From Escherichia phage vB_EcoS_SCS92: 44,240 bases of DNA. Both the position numbers and the translations under genes were made by a program. Under the pieces are notes generated by a model, which saw only the letters and a program-made list of their open reading frames with translations, had not been told where the DNA came from and did no database searches. Each line of letters opens with the position of its first letter. The stretch's first letter is position 1. The stretch lies in the sequence record ON548432.1; one strand, written 5' to 3'. Positions 8,726 to 16,223 of this stretch are shown in pieces.

Positions 8726-9224
8726 CGGACACCACCTTAATTGTTACTTCGCTGATTGGCTCGTCGCGTACTTCTTCGGCGACAACTGTTTTATTCAGGC
8801 CCAGTTTCGCGGCAGCAAACGTAGCAGAGATGCCTGCGGCCCCCGTTTCAGTGAAGTATGCCTCTTCCAGCGCCTGTGCTGTCTCCCAGGCTTCTGCAAA
8901 TGCGGGAATCTCACGCAGCCAAAGCTTAATAATAGGGATAGTGACGCCGATGTGTAAGGCGAAGCGGGCCAGTGATGGCGGTTTATCCTGAATCAGCGGG
9001 CGTTCGTCACCTTTGGACGTGGGCACAAGCTCCCACGACGTGCGGTCGAAGAACTCGATTAACGCGTCACAGTAGTCCGGGTCCCACAATGCCGCAGAAT
9101 TACGGGATGATTGATAAAGGCTCTGTTTACCGCGCGGTCGTTTACGGCGACGGTTTGCGCTAACAGCTTCTTCATGTGCAGCTTGTACCACCTCTGGCGA
9201 TGGCTGCTTAAGTTTCAGCTTCAT
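8715..9224 (-). CDS. terminase small subunit (putative)
   Basis: Overlaps the terminase large subunit start. Likely ATG at 9224 (MKLKLKQPSPE) with AAGGGGA Shine-Dalgarno; the track ORF reaches 9263 through a leader hairpin. Confidence 0.5.
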   Translation of the reverse strand: MKLKLKQPSPEVVQAAHEEAVSANRRRKRPRGKQSLYQSSRNSAALWDPDYCDALIEFFDRTSWELVPTSKGDERPLIQDKPPSLARFALHIGVTIPIIKLWLREIPAFAEAWETAQALEEAYFTETGAAGISATFAAAKLGLNKTVVAEEVRDEPISEVTIKVVSGER

Positions 9225-9240
9225 AGAATCCCCTTGCATA

Positions 9241-9297
9241 TGCGTCTGACCATCAGAGCGCACCAGACGCGCCCTACGCGTCTAAATGGATTATATA
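9241..9297 (-). promoter_or_regulatory. inverted-repeat cluster plus TATATAAT element in the leader of the packaging operon (candidate late promoter, attenuator or pac-associated site)
   Basis: AGACGCG-cccta-CGCGTCT hairpin (9265-9283), a further GCGTCTGAccaTCAGAgCGC near-palindrome, and TATATAAT on the minus strand (9290-9297). Confidence 0.35.
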
Positions 9298-9317
9298 GGG
9301 GGATTGCTCGGGATGTA

Positions 9318-9341
9318 CAGAAAAGCCCTCCGTAGAGGGCT
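9318..9341 (-). terminator. rho-independent terminator ending the minus-strand early gene block
   Basis: AGCCCTC-cgta-GAGGGCT hairpin followed on the minus strand by TTTTCTGT. Confidence 0.5.
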
Positions 9342-9440
9342 TGTATCAGTTATATAGGCCGTGGCGTGGCGCTCTTTTACCGTCGTCGCAATGGTCGTTA
9401 GCTACGGCGATAGCCCTGGCGTTTGGTATGATTAGTAGTC

Positions 9441-9659
9441 TCATATATGTTCCAGTGATTCTCTCCAGTCTGTATCTTGGTTCTCTACACACCCGAGGCA
9501 TTGTACTTCTCCATCCTCGCTCGACCATACCCATTCAAGACCCTCGATAATGGGTTCGTACTCGAAGCCGTACACAGCCCCGTCTTCATCCGTGGCAACA
9601 TAGTTTATATTATCCCACACATGAAAATGTTTACCTTTATATTCTATAGTACGACTCAT
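9441..9659 (-). CDS. hypothetical acidic protein
   Basis: 72 aa; ATGA overlap with the upstream gene. Trp/acidic-rich, no recognised domain. Confidence 0.45.
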   Translation of the reverse strand: MSRTIEYKGKHFHVWDNINYVATDEDGAVYGFEYEPIIEGLEWVWSSEDGEVQCLGCVENQDTDWRESLEHI

Positions 9660-9892
9660 TCCCCGCTCTCCTCTTTAGCAATGCGTTGCTCTGTTTTAGT
9701 GATACCCCGGCGCGTGAATAACACCGGGCTAGTCTTAACGTGCGTCATCAGACGATTGTTATAAATTACGTGGCGCTCACAATCAACGTCTTTACTGTAC
9801 TTAGCAATCGTCATTTCGTTGATACCGGTTTGTCGGCATGTCTCCGCCATCGTACCAAATTCTTTAATCAGGTTAGGAATGCTGGTAATCAT
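9656..9892 (-). CDS. hypothetical protein, possible HTH
   Basis: Likely ATG at 9892 (MITSIPNLIKEF); the track begins at a GTG at 9916. AETCRQTGINEMTIAKY is HTH-like. Confidence 0.4.
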   Translation of the reverse strand: MITSIPNLIKEFGTMAETCRQTGINEMTIAKYSKDVDCERHVIYNNRLMTHVKTSPVLFTRRGITKTEQRIAKEESGE

Positions 9893-10059
9893 CCTAAGAA
9901 ATTCCTCGTTGTCCACATCGCATTCGGATATTTGTTATCGCGGTCCTGCACCACGGCGACCATGTTACCACGTTGCACCAGGCAGAAGTGACGCTGTTGC
10001 TCGCCGTTGTAACGGCGCCAGATTGCTTCTTCGATTGCTGCGTTGATGTCGCTGAACAT
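9889..10059 (-). CDS. hypothetical 56-aa protein
   Basis: ORF below the track threshold, found by reverse-complement reading. ATGA overlap downstream and TAATG overlap upstream. Confidence 0.3.
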   Translation of the reverse strand: MFSDINAAIEEAIWRRYNGEQQRHFCLVQRGNMVAVVQDRDNKYPNAMWTTRNFLG

Positions 10060-10142
10060 TAGTATCTACCCCACAGAAAACCGACCAATAGCCCAATGAA
10101 GTAACTAAGACCAACCAGACTTATAACAACCTCAAGACTCAT
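10059..10142 (-). CDS. hypothetical 27-aa hydrophobic peptide
   Basis: MSLEVVISLVGLSYFIGLLVGFLWGRY; GGGGTGAG Shine-Dalgarno. Very short, tentative. Confidence 0.25.
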   Translation of the reverse strand: MSLEVVISLVGLSYFIGLLVGFLWGRY

Positions 10143-10146
10143 GCTC

Positions 10147-10344
10147 TCACCCCACTATCTCATCGCCAAGCCACGCCGTTTCTCGTATATCGTCTACTAC
10201 ACACGCAGCGTGCTCGCGGCTAATCGCAAAAATGTAGAAACTGAACTTCTTCCCATCGGCGTCGACGTGGTTAACCGAGTAAGGTTTCCACAGGACGCCA
10301 TCGATAACTACCGGCTCAGGCGTGCTCATCTGGCGCCTCAACAA
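10147..10344 (-). CDS. hypothetical protein
   Basis: 65-aa track ORF in the co-oriented early gene array. Confidence 0.4.
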   Translation of the reverse strand: MLRRQMSTPEPVVIDGVLWKPYSVNHVDADGKKFSFYIFAISREHAACVVDDIRETAWLGDEIVG

Positions 10345-10603
10345 GACAACTCAGCATGTCAGTAATCTCCGTCTCAAGCCGTTTTCCTAACGCCGATTTA
10401 GTGCAGTGTTCGGCCCACTCCCCGGATTGCAACAATCCAATCATATTTTCTATGTCCGCCGTGAGTGTGAGTAACAACTTAAATGCCTCCAGTTGAAACT
10501 CACCGTTAATTGACAATTGTCCGCCTAACGTCTGTTTTTCCGACTCAAGCACCAGAATACGACGCTCAAGTGATGAGATTGTGATTTCAGGCATTGGTAT
10601 CAC
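10316..10603 (-). CDS. hypothetical coiled-coil protein
   Basis: 95-aa track ORF in the early array. Confidence 0.4.
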   Translation of the reverse strand: MIPMPEITISSLERRILVLESEKQTLGGQLSINGEFQLEAFKLLLTLTADIENMIGLLQSGEWAEHCTKSALGKRLETEITDMLSCLVEAPDEHA

Positions 10604-10772
10604 CTTTGTTCAGGTTGAAGCGGTTAATCAGTTCGCGGCGCGTCTCATAAAGCGACTCCACCATTTGCTCGGCTACCGCGATTTTATTATTCAGGACGCA
10701 CATCACGTGGCTAATGTCTACGCCGCCGTTAACGGCCTCTACCATCATCTTTTCATATTCACGGTCAGTCAT
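10587..10772 (-). CDS. hypothetical protein
   Basis: 61-aa track ORF in the early array. Confidence 0.4.
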   Translation of the reverse strand: MTDREYEKMMVEAVNGGVDISHVMCVLNNKIAVAEQMVESLYETRRELINRFNLNKGDTNA

Positions 10773-10926
10773 TTTTACGCTCTCCCCACATGCGGTTGAG
10801 ATACTTGTTCTTGTCCGGCCCCGGGAAACTGTTACGTTTCATAAGTTCCTCTCGTGTCGGGAACGGGGTGTGATTGACTTTACGGCCTACACGTAATGGT
10901 TGGCTTACTTGACCTTGTTCGCTCAT
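10765..10926 (-). CDS. hypothetical 53-aa protein
   Basis: ORF below the track threshold; ATGA overlap with the upstream gene stop at 10923. Confidence 0.3.
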   Translation of the reverse strand: MSEQGQVSQPLRVGRKVNHTPFPTREELMKRNSFPGPDKNKYLNRMWGERKND

Positions 10927-11114
10927 TTTGTTAACTCCATCAATTTAGCGGCTAACTCTTTCGCTTGTTCTCTGGATAAAAGCAACACCTCTTCGTTAGT
11001 ATGAATACAGATATCACCATCGTCCCATGTGACTATTTCACCAATATCTCCTGCCTTATCCTTAAAGATATAACGGCCGCAGTACAAATCTCTTTCGTAG
11101 TTAAACATGCTCAT
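10923..11114 (-). CDS. hypothetical protein
   Basis: 63-aa track ORF in the early array. Confidence 0.4.
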   Translation of the reverse strand: MSMFNYERDLYCGRYIFKDKAGDIGEIVTWDDGDICIHTNEEVLLLSREQAKELAAKLMELTK

Positions 11115-11359
11115 TTCTTCTCTCCTGCATAAGCTGCTTTAAGTGTCTGCATCGCGGCGAACCAGAACGCGTCCGCAGGGATGCTATTGCTCAGGTTACT
11201 AACGGCGATGCGTGCCATCAGTTGTGCGTCTTTGAATGCTTCGATGTCTGTGATTTTCATTGGAAATTTACGCATAGCAACCGGGTCATTATCCATAGTC
11301 CATGCGATACATTTGGCTTCAAGTTCCTCGGTTATTGCGATTGTCGGTACGTTACTCAT
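11111..11359 (-). CDS. hypothetical protein
   Basis: 82-aa track ORF; first gene after the promoter at 11393-11421. Confidence 0.45.
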   Translation of the reverse strand: MSNVPTIAITEELEAKCIAWTMDNDPVAMRKFPMKITDIEAFKDAQLMARIAVSNLSNSIPADAFWFAAMQTLKAAYAGEKK

Positions 11360-11392
11360 CTTCTCTACTCCGTTCTCGTTGTCGATGGAGTA

Positions 11393-11421
11393 AATATAAT
11401 AGGGTCGTAGGTAATAGTCAA
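11393..11421 (-). promoter_or_regulatory. sigma70-like promoter (TTGACT-N17-TATATT) on the minus strand
   Basis: Minus-strand reading gives TTGACT, a 17-bp spacer and TATATT, just downstream of the terminator at 11443-11474. Confidence 0.4.
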
Positions 11422-11442
11422 CTAGTCATTGCAGAAAATAGA

Positions 11443-11474
11443 TAAAAAAAATCCCGGCTGGGTCAGGGCCGGGA
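11443..11474 (-). terminator. rho-independent terminator after the endolysin gene
   Basis: CCCGGC-N9-GCCGGG stem followed on the minus strand by a run of 8 T. Confidence 0.6.
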
Positions 11475-11539
11475 TAAAACTGGAGAGCAGAGGTATGGAA
11501 CAGGAGGTGATTTAAGTATCGTCGGATTAGTCTCAGGTG

Positions 11540-12043
11540 TCAACCTTTCACCGCGCGCCCGATAGCCTCTGCCTCTTGCCACGGTTTACCGTCGAACAGC
11601 GCCAGACGACCGGCAGTACGGCGGCGCAGACCAAGTAACGGTCTGCCGTTCTGGTTGATGAACAGTGTCAGCTTAGCCCGCAGCGTCTCGATATCACCAG
11701 AACGCAGTGCCTTACCTGTACCAGTAGCAGCCGCAATCACGCCGGCGCCAGCGTTATATACCAGGTCACACACCGCATCGAACTGAGCCTGTGTTAATGA
11801 ATGGTGTGCTGCTGCGTCAACCGCAGCTACGGCCTTAGCCATGTCGCGATTCAGTAACAGGAGTCCTTGCCCCGGGGTGATGGTCTGCCCAGCCTTAACG
11901 TCTGGCCCGTAGTGACCGTAGCCGATAGTCAGGTACTTCTCGTTCGGCGTAGCACGATACGCAGTACCTCGGAACCCCTCAAACGCAGCGGTGAAATGCA
12001 ACCCATTATCTGAAATGTTTCGAGACACGCTTATGTCCCCCAT
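11540..12043 (-). CDS. endolysin, GH24 lysozyme-like
   Basis: 167 aa. FEGFRGTAYRATPNEKYLTIGYGH matches the catalytic region of T4/lambda-type lysozymes. Sits downstream of the holin genes. Confidence 0.7.
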   Translation of the reverse strand: MGDISVSRNISDNGLHFTAAFEGFRGTAYRATPNEKYLTIGYGHYGPDVKAGQTITPGQGLLLLNRDMAKAVAAVDAAAHHSLTQAQFDAVCDLVYNAGAGVIAAATGTGKALRSGDIETLRAKLTLFINQNGRPLLGLRRRTAGRLALFDGKPWQEAEAIGRAVKG

Positions 12044-12278
12044 ACGACAGCCACGCCTGGCGAATCTGGCGAAGCGCGACTAATGTGATTAATGTCTCAG
12101 GCAGCGTTGGCGACATGCTGCCCTGTAACAGGTGGATACATCCGGCGGCGCAGACAATAGCAGTCAGAATATAAAGCACACGGCCAAATAATCCGTCATC
12201 CACGCTGGGGTGATATACATTAAACAGCGATGTGCCTCCGATTGCCAGCATACCGCCGAACCAGAATAATTCATTCAT
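12006..12278 (-). CDS. holin-like / antiholin membrane protein
   Basis: 90 aa with two hydrophobic segments, between the holin and endolysin genes. Confidence 0.45.
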   Translation of the reverse strand: MNELFWFGGMLAIGGTSLFNVYHPSVDDGLFGRVLYILTAIVCAAGCIHLLQGSMSPTLPETLITLVALRQIRQAWLSYGGHKRVSKHFR

Positions 12279-12579
12279 CTGTGCCTCCTCGACGTGCGAT
12301 GTATTCTCCGGCGACGATACCGGAGAGACGGGAATAGATGGGCATCCAGAGAATTGCGATGATGAATCCGAGGCCAGCTATCTCGCGCTCTCCGGTAATA
12401 CCGAACCATTGAGCCGCGAGAGGTGCGCCGAATACGGCGCAAGTGAAGCCAGTTGCAATAAAGCAGAAGCCGTCGATGGGGCCAGAAATAACGGACTTAT
12501 GTTGTCGTAGTCCGATTACCCCTCCGGCTAGCGCGGCAGCGAGAAGCCAGCCTGTCACTGTTTCAGTAAATTTATCCAA
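12271..12579 (-). CDS. holin
   Basis: 102 aa with three predicted transmembrane segments and a charged C-terminus, immediately upstream of the lysis genes. Confidence 0.55.
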   Translation of the reverse strand: MDKFTETVTGWLLAAALAGGVIGLRQHKSVISGPIDGFCFIATGFTCAVFGAPLAAQWFGITGEREIAGLGFIIAILWMPIYSRLSGIVAGEYIARRGGTDE

Positions 12580-12638
12580 GATGAATCCTCCAGGTGCGTA
12601 TTAAGTATGCAGTAACTGGAGGATAGCACGGTTAGGAA

Positions 12639-13076
12639 TTATCTTAATAACGGTTTGGTAATAATCTTGCCGCCGGTGTTGGTGTCGAACTTAGATGCAA
12701 CTGCTACGCCACCATGTGCTGAATACCCACACTCCATAGCCGCCAGTGCATATGACGAGCCAGACCCTACGGCGGCAAAGCCGTCTGCAATTGGAATAAC
12801 AGAACTTAGAGTGCAATCCCAAGATTTGTAGAACTCCACCTTATACAACGTTTCAATGTCTTTAACCCATACCAAAGCAGAGAAATCAAAATCATAATGC
12901 TTAGGCACTAAAATACTATCGTCCTTCACTAAAAGGATACCAGCTTCAGCATTACCCGCTACACCGATAACAGCAAACTCGTTCTCATATATCTTGGTAT
13001 CTGTGTTGTAGATGTGGTCCCCGGCTACTCGGGTGTCACAGGCCATTGTCTTTCCGTCAAACGCGATAGTAGTCAT
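12639..13076 (-). CDS. HslV-like (proteasome-type Ntn-hydrolase) peptidase
   Basis: 145 aa. Starts MTTIA (the Thr nucleophile position of HslV), and has the GSGSSYALAA region aligning with HslV GSGGPYAQAA and a C-terminal DTNTGG region. Confidence 0.6.
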   Translation of the reverse strand: MTTIAFDGKTMACDTRVAGDHIYNTDTKIYENEFAVIGVAGNAEAGILLVKDDSILVPKHYDFDFSALVWVKDIETLYKVEFYKSWDCTLSSVIPIADGFAAVGSGSSYALAAMECGYSAHGGVAVASKFDTNTGGKIITKPLLR

Positions 13077-13390
13077 TTATGTCTCCAGATGTATTGTCGT
13101 CTCTGTGGTTTCGTCGGAATATCATCGTACCCCAGCGATTTCCAGTAATTAAATAGCCGGTTCGCGATAGCTGCGCGTTCCTTTGTTTTAAACTCACCGA
13201 GATTCACGGCCTTTCCGTTCTGGAATCCACAGGCGTGGATAGCTTTACGCCGTTCTTGTATCTCTGGGTACAGCACGTTACGGCGACGCTTGTGTATACG
13301 TGTCTTCGCTCTCGGTGACAGCGGCGCAAGGCCGCTTCGTTTCAGGATGTCAGTTGCAAGGCTCATTGCGATACTTCTCCAGAATCTCAC
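13073..13390 (-). CDS. hypothetical basic protein
   Basis: Track ORF of 105 aa; the real start may be the internal M (MSLATDIL, near 13366). Lys/Arg-rich. Confidence 0.35.
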   Translation of the reverse strand: MRFWRSIAMSLATDILKRSGLAPLSPRAKTRIHKRRRNVLYPEIQERRKAIHACGFQNGKAVNLGEFKTKERAAIANRLFNYWKSLGYDDIPTKPQRRQYIWRHK

Positions 13391-13601
13391 CTACTCTATC
13401 GTATGCATATTCGTCCGGTATTACGCCGTAACCCAGGTCGTTGTCCAGCTTAACTAACATATCGAGTATATCGTTGAGTTCGGCTTCGAGTTTCGCGTAG
13501 TCTTCGTAACTTACATAACGCCCTTCATGAGAGTCCGGAACAGGCGTTATATCTACCACGCCACTCGCGCAGTCTTCTGTTAAATCGTAGCGTATAACCA
13601 T
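13350..13601 (-). CDS. paralogue C of a triplicated small-protein family
   Basis: Starts MVIRYDL with a GGAGG Shine-Dalgarno and a TGATG overlap with paralogue B. The longer track ORF (to 13646) is an upstream extension inside the 94-bp repeat. Confidence 0.45.
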   Translation of the reverse strand: MVIRYDLTEDCASGVVDITPVPDSHEGRYVSYEDYAKLEAELNDILDMLVKLDNDLGYGVIPDEYAYDRVGEILEKYRNEPCN

Positions 13602-13690
13602 CACTCCACCCCCTCCACATGTGTAACTGACCCGCAGTTCGCGCACTCGACGTAATCAGGGTACTGGTCTTTGTATTTCTGTAGCTCGGC
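13597..13690. repeat. 94-bp direct repeat, copy 1 (about 91% identical to 13866-13959)
   Basis: Read directly. Spans the junction of paralogues C and B. Confidence 0.7.
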
Positions 13691-13870
13691 GTTTACTTCT
13701 GCCAGTCTCGACACAAGCCCTTCTATTTCCTTGTCGGCGTCGGCTAGACGTTCCTGGTAATAGTCGTCCAGTTCCTTATAGCTGTCGTACTCTACATAAT
13801 CGCCGTATGCGTACTCAGCCATCTCAGGCTCTGGCAGGCCCCACGCTTTTACCTCATATCTCTGTACCAT
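13601..13870 (-). CDS. paralogue B of a triplicated small-protein family
   Basis: Starts MVQRYEV with a TAATG overlap with paralogue A. C-terminus AELQKYKDQYPDYVECANCGSVTHVEGVE is shared with paralogue A. Confidence 0.45.
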   Translation of the reverse strand: MVQRYEVKAWGLPEPEMAEYAYGDYVEYDSYKELDDYYQERLADADKEIEGLVSRLAEVNAELQKYKDQYPDYVECANCGSVTHVEGVE

Positions 13871-13959
13871 TACTCCACCCCTCCCACATGTGTAACTGAC
13901 CCACAGTTCGCGCACTCGACGTAATCCGGGAACTGGTCCTTGTATTTCTGTAACTCGGC
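13866..13959. repeat. 94-bp direct repeat, copy 2
   Basis: Read directly. Spans the junction of paralogues B and A. Confidence 0.7.
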
Positions 13960-14073
13960 TTCAACTTCCAACAGCTTTAGGTCAAGATTCTGGTAGTCCT
14001 CAAACTTAACCCACTTCCCGTGGCGGTCAATGAAATGGTTGTCGGACCCATACTTAGAATATCTCTGTACCAT
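13870..14073 (-). CDS. paralogue A of a triplicated small-protein family
   Basis: Starts MVQRYSKYG at ATG 14073 with an AGGAG Shine-Dalgarno just after the upstream stop. C-terminus ELQKYKDQFPDYVECANCGSVTHVGGVE. Confidence 0.45.
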   Translation of the reverse strand: MVQRYSKYGSDNHFIDRHGKWVKFEDYQNLDLKLLEVEAELQKYKDQFPDYVECANCGSVTHVGGVE

Positions 14074-14074
14074 G

Positions 14075-14278
14075 TTATTTCTCCTGTTTTCCAAGTCGCT
14101 TAGGTGAGCAGATAGCGCGTACCTCTGAATCGTTGGGCTTGTCACCCTGAAACAGAAAGTGCGCGTTCTCGGCGGCGCGTGCCGCTGACTGGCACGCCTC
14201 CATCGAGTAAAACGTTTCTGATGCCGCCAGGTGCATCTGGCCTGCGGACAGTACCCAGATAAATAAGATGCTGGTCAT
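14075..14278 (-). CDS. small protein with N-terminal signal peptide
   Basis: 67 aa. N-terminus MTSILFIWVLSAGQMHLAAS is hydrophobic with an AxA-like cleavage site; two Cys in the mature part. Confidence 0.4.
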   Translation of the reverse strand: MTSILFIWVLSAGQMHLAASETFYSMEACQSAARAAENAHFLFQGDKPNDSEVRAICSPKRLGKQEK

Positions 14279-14748
14279 TTGATTTTCCCGTGGTTGTCGT
14301 GAAACCCATATTTGTTCTCAGCGTCGGCCCTCGCTGCTCTTGCGGCAGAAAGGTCGTCGAAATATCCTAAATGTACATTTTTACCGTTAACCTTTATGGT
14401 CCCTTTCCATTTACCCGCACGCTGGAACCAATACACTCCAGTAACACCTGACCGGTTGTTGGCGGCTAATTTTGTGTTTCTATGGTTTTCGGATGCTGTT
14501 ACTTTCCTAAGATTGCACAAACGATTGTCACTACGGTCGTGATTTATGTGGTCTATTTGCTCCCCTGGGTGAAGTAAATCGTCGGGGTTAAACATGTCCC
14601 ATATTATTCGATGTGCGCGGTACTGCCTCTTTTCGACCTTCAACACAACATAGCCATCCCTATTCTTACACGTTACTTTTGCTGAGGTCTTCTTCCATGA
14701 AAGAATGCCGGTAGTATGGTCATAATCGAATAGTGTGTGCCATTTCAT
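14275..14748 (-). CDS. HNH homing endonuclease with AP2-type DNA-binding domain
   Basis: HNH motif IDHINHDRSDNRLCNLRKVTASENHRN and an AP2-like C-terminus (SGVTGVYWFQRAGKWKGTIKVNGKNVHLGYFDD...KYGFHDNHG). Confidence 0.8.
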   Translation of the reverse strand: MKWHTLFDYDHTTGILSWKKTSAKVTCKNRDGYVVLKVEKRQYRAHRIIWDMFNPDDLLHPGEQIDHINHDRSDNRLCNLRKVTASENHRNTKLAANNRSGVTGVYWFQRAGKWKGTIKVNGKNVHLGYFDDLSAARAARADAENKYGFHDNHGKIK

Positions 14749-15212
14749 TTGTTGTCAGCGTCCCATTTTCGGCAACCAGATTGCTCCCACCCGTACCTGC
14801 CCTTGCAGATAAGTTTGTACGACTCCACGTCACCTGTGGCCTCAGCCAGCTGTTTTGTCAGGCCCTTAACTTGCCCTGTCAGGTGCGATATGTGCTCAGA
14901 TTTCTTAATGTTGTCTTCCTGTAACTCGGCCACCAGCGACGAAGCATCACGTAACTGGTTTTTAAGTGACTGCACCTCATGCGCCAGGTCTTCGCACTGG
15001 CTGTTATTTACCTGCTGCCGTAAACTGTCTTTCAGCGCTCGTATTTCGTCATCCTTACCGGCGATATGCTGCTGTAGGTTGTGAATTACCTGCTTGACCT
15101 CATCAAGGTCGGATATCCGCACAGACACATTGAAAGATGTGACATCTTTCTTATTTACCTGCTGCCGTAGTTGGTCAATCAGGTACTCGAATACTTCGTT
15201 TTTGTTACTCAT
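14745..15212 (-). CDS. hypothetical coiled-coil protein
   Basis: 155 aa, Gln/Leu/Lys-rich with heptad-like repeats. Confidence 0.45.
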   Translation of the reverse strand: MSNKNEVFEYLIDQLRQQVNKKDVTSFNVSVRISDLDEVKQVIHNLQQHIAGKDDEIRALKDSLRQQVNNSQCEDLAHEVQSLKNQLRDASSLVAELQEDNIKKSEHISHLTGQVKGLTKQLAEATGDVESYKLICKGRYGWEQSGCRKWDADNK

Positions 15213-15397
15213 ACTACGTCTCCTACTAACCCAACCTTCATGACGCCGCGTTCACCTTTCTTGCCTGCACGAAGCCACTCACGCGCAACTTTCTCATCAG
15301 TGAACACAAATTTCGGTACGTGCTTTCCGTCGGGGGCGATAACCCACGCCGACCATACCGGGGTAACTTTAATCAAATGCTCGTTTTTAGTATTCAT
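15209..15397 (-). CDS. hypothetical protein
   Basis: Track ORF begins at a GTG at 15406; ATG at 15397 (MNTKNEHL) is more likely. Confidence 0.4.
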   Translation of the reverse strand: MNTKNEHLIKVTPVWSAWVIAPDGKHVPKFVFTDEKVAREWLRAGKKGERGVMKVGLVGDVV

Positions 15398-15515
15398 ATT
15401 CTTCACTCACTCCGTTATAGACGCCGTTGTAATCTCCGTCGCAGATGAACGGGTAGAGCATATCTTCATACTCGTCCTGCAACTCGCCTAAAGTCACTTC
15501 GCTATAATCTTTCAT
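15387..15515 (-). CDS. hypothetical 42-aa acidic protein
   Basis: ORF below the track threshold. GAGGAG Shine-Dalgarno; first gene after the promoter at 15547-15575. Confidence 0.3.
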   Translation of the reverse strand: MKDYSEVTLGELQDEYEDMLYPFICDGDYNGVYNGVSEEYEY

Positions 15516-15546
15516 CCTCTGTCTCTCCTCTCGTTTGTGTAAATGA

Positions 15547-15575
15547 ATAGTAGCCTATTCTATATTAGTGTGCAA
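15547..15575 (-). promoter_or_regulatory. sigma70-like promoter (TTGCAC-N17-TACTAT class) with AATAG-N4-CTATT palindrome
   Basis: Minus-strand reading gives CTTGCAC, a 17-bp spacer and TACTAT, about 30 bp upstream of the 15515 ATG. Confidence 0.5.
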
Positions 15576-15654
15576 GTAAATTTTATTGGTGTTTGTATTG
15601 TTGCGTCTCCTGCAATAGTCGCTTCGATTGTTGCGTTTGGTGAAATAGAACAAA

Positions 15655-15689
15655 AATGAGAAAAATGATACGCTGCTGTGTAGCAGCGT
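15655..15689 (-). terminator. rho-independent terminator
   Basis: ACGCTGCT-gtgt-AGCAGCGT stem followed on the minus strand by ATCATTTTTCTCATTTTTG. Confidence 0.55.
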
Positions 15690-15722
15690 AAGTCACTCAG
15701 TAAAATCCCAAACTATTGAACA

Positions 15723-15923
15723 TCACACTTCTGGCGGCTCGGGTAACGGCATCCAGTGCGTCACGTACTTATCGTAGTGATTCCAGAAAGGCTTTCTCCC
15801 GTCATCAGGAACGATGTAATAATCGTGTTGAACTGCGTTATTTAACGTTTCATACACCAGGAACTCTTTATCCGTACACCCATTACCCGGCAGCATCTCA
15901 CTACACTTAATCCACTCACCCAT
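15723..15923 (-). CDS. hypothetical protein
   Basis: 66-aa track ORF with a GAGGTG Shine-Dalgarno. Confidence 0.45.
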   Translation of the reverse strand: MGEWIKCSEMLPGNGCTDKEFLVYETLNNAVQHDYYIVPDDGRKPFWNHYDKYVTHWMPLPEPPEV

Positions 15924-16071
15924 ACCTCACACCTCTTTCAATCAAGGATTGCACACCAGCTTTCCACGCCCGCCATGCGAGACGCGTCTTAACGTTCAGG
16001 TACTCTTTCTTCGAACCCTTGTTAACCGGCAGACCCTCGACGACGGCCCACCGTTCGAATGCTTCTCTCAT
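15916..16071 (-). CDS. hypothetical 51-aa protein
   Basis: ORF below the track threshold; ATGA overlaps at both ends suggest translational coupling. Confidence 0.3.
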   Translation of the reverse strand: MREAFERWAVVEGLPVNKGSKKEYLNVKTRLAWRAWKAGVQSLIERGVRYG

Positions 16072-16223
16072 ACCAGAACCTCGCATTCATCCCGATACAC
16101 GAACAATAATGACCCTTTGTACTCAATCATAAAACCATAATGGTTGCTGCTGAACGCCAGAAAAACATCACCTACCGAGATACCGAAATCTATAAGCCTG
16201 CGGTCAGTTATTCGAATTCTCAT
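16068..16223 (-). CDS. hypothetical 51-aa protein
   Basis: ORF below the track threshold; ATGA overlap with the stop of the 16220-16516 gene. Confidence 0.3.
   Translation of the reverse strand: MRIRITDRRLIDFGISVGDVFLAFSSNHYGFMIEYKGSLLFVYRDECEVLV

Noticed and set aside
9224-9263. N-terminal extensions of track ORFs (terminase small subunit to 9263, tape measure to 38041, primase to 17618, paralogues B and C to 13915 and 13646)
   Set aside because: The track appears to take the longest ORF, including TTG or GTG starts. Internal ATG codons with Shine-Dalgarno sequences and stop-start overlaps fit better, so the shorter starts were preferred where noted.
9346-9534. 62-aa Arg-rich minus-strand ORF
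   Set aside because: It overlaps the more protein-like 9441-9659 ORF in another frame, and its 3' end runs into the terminator hairpin.
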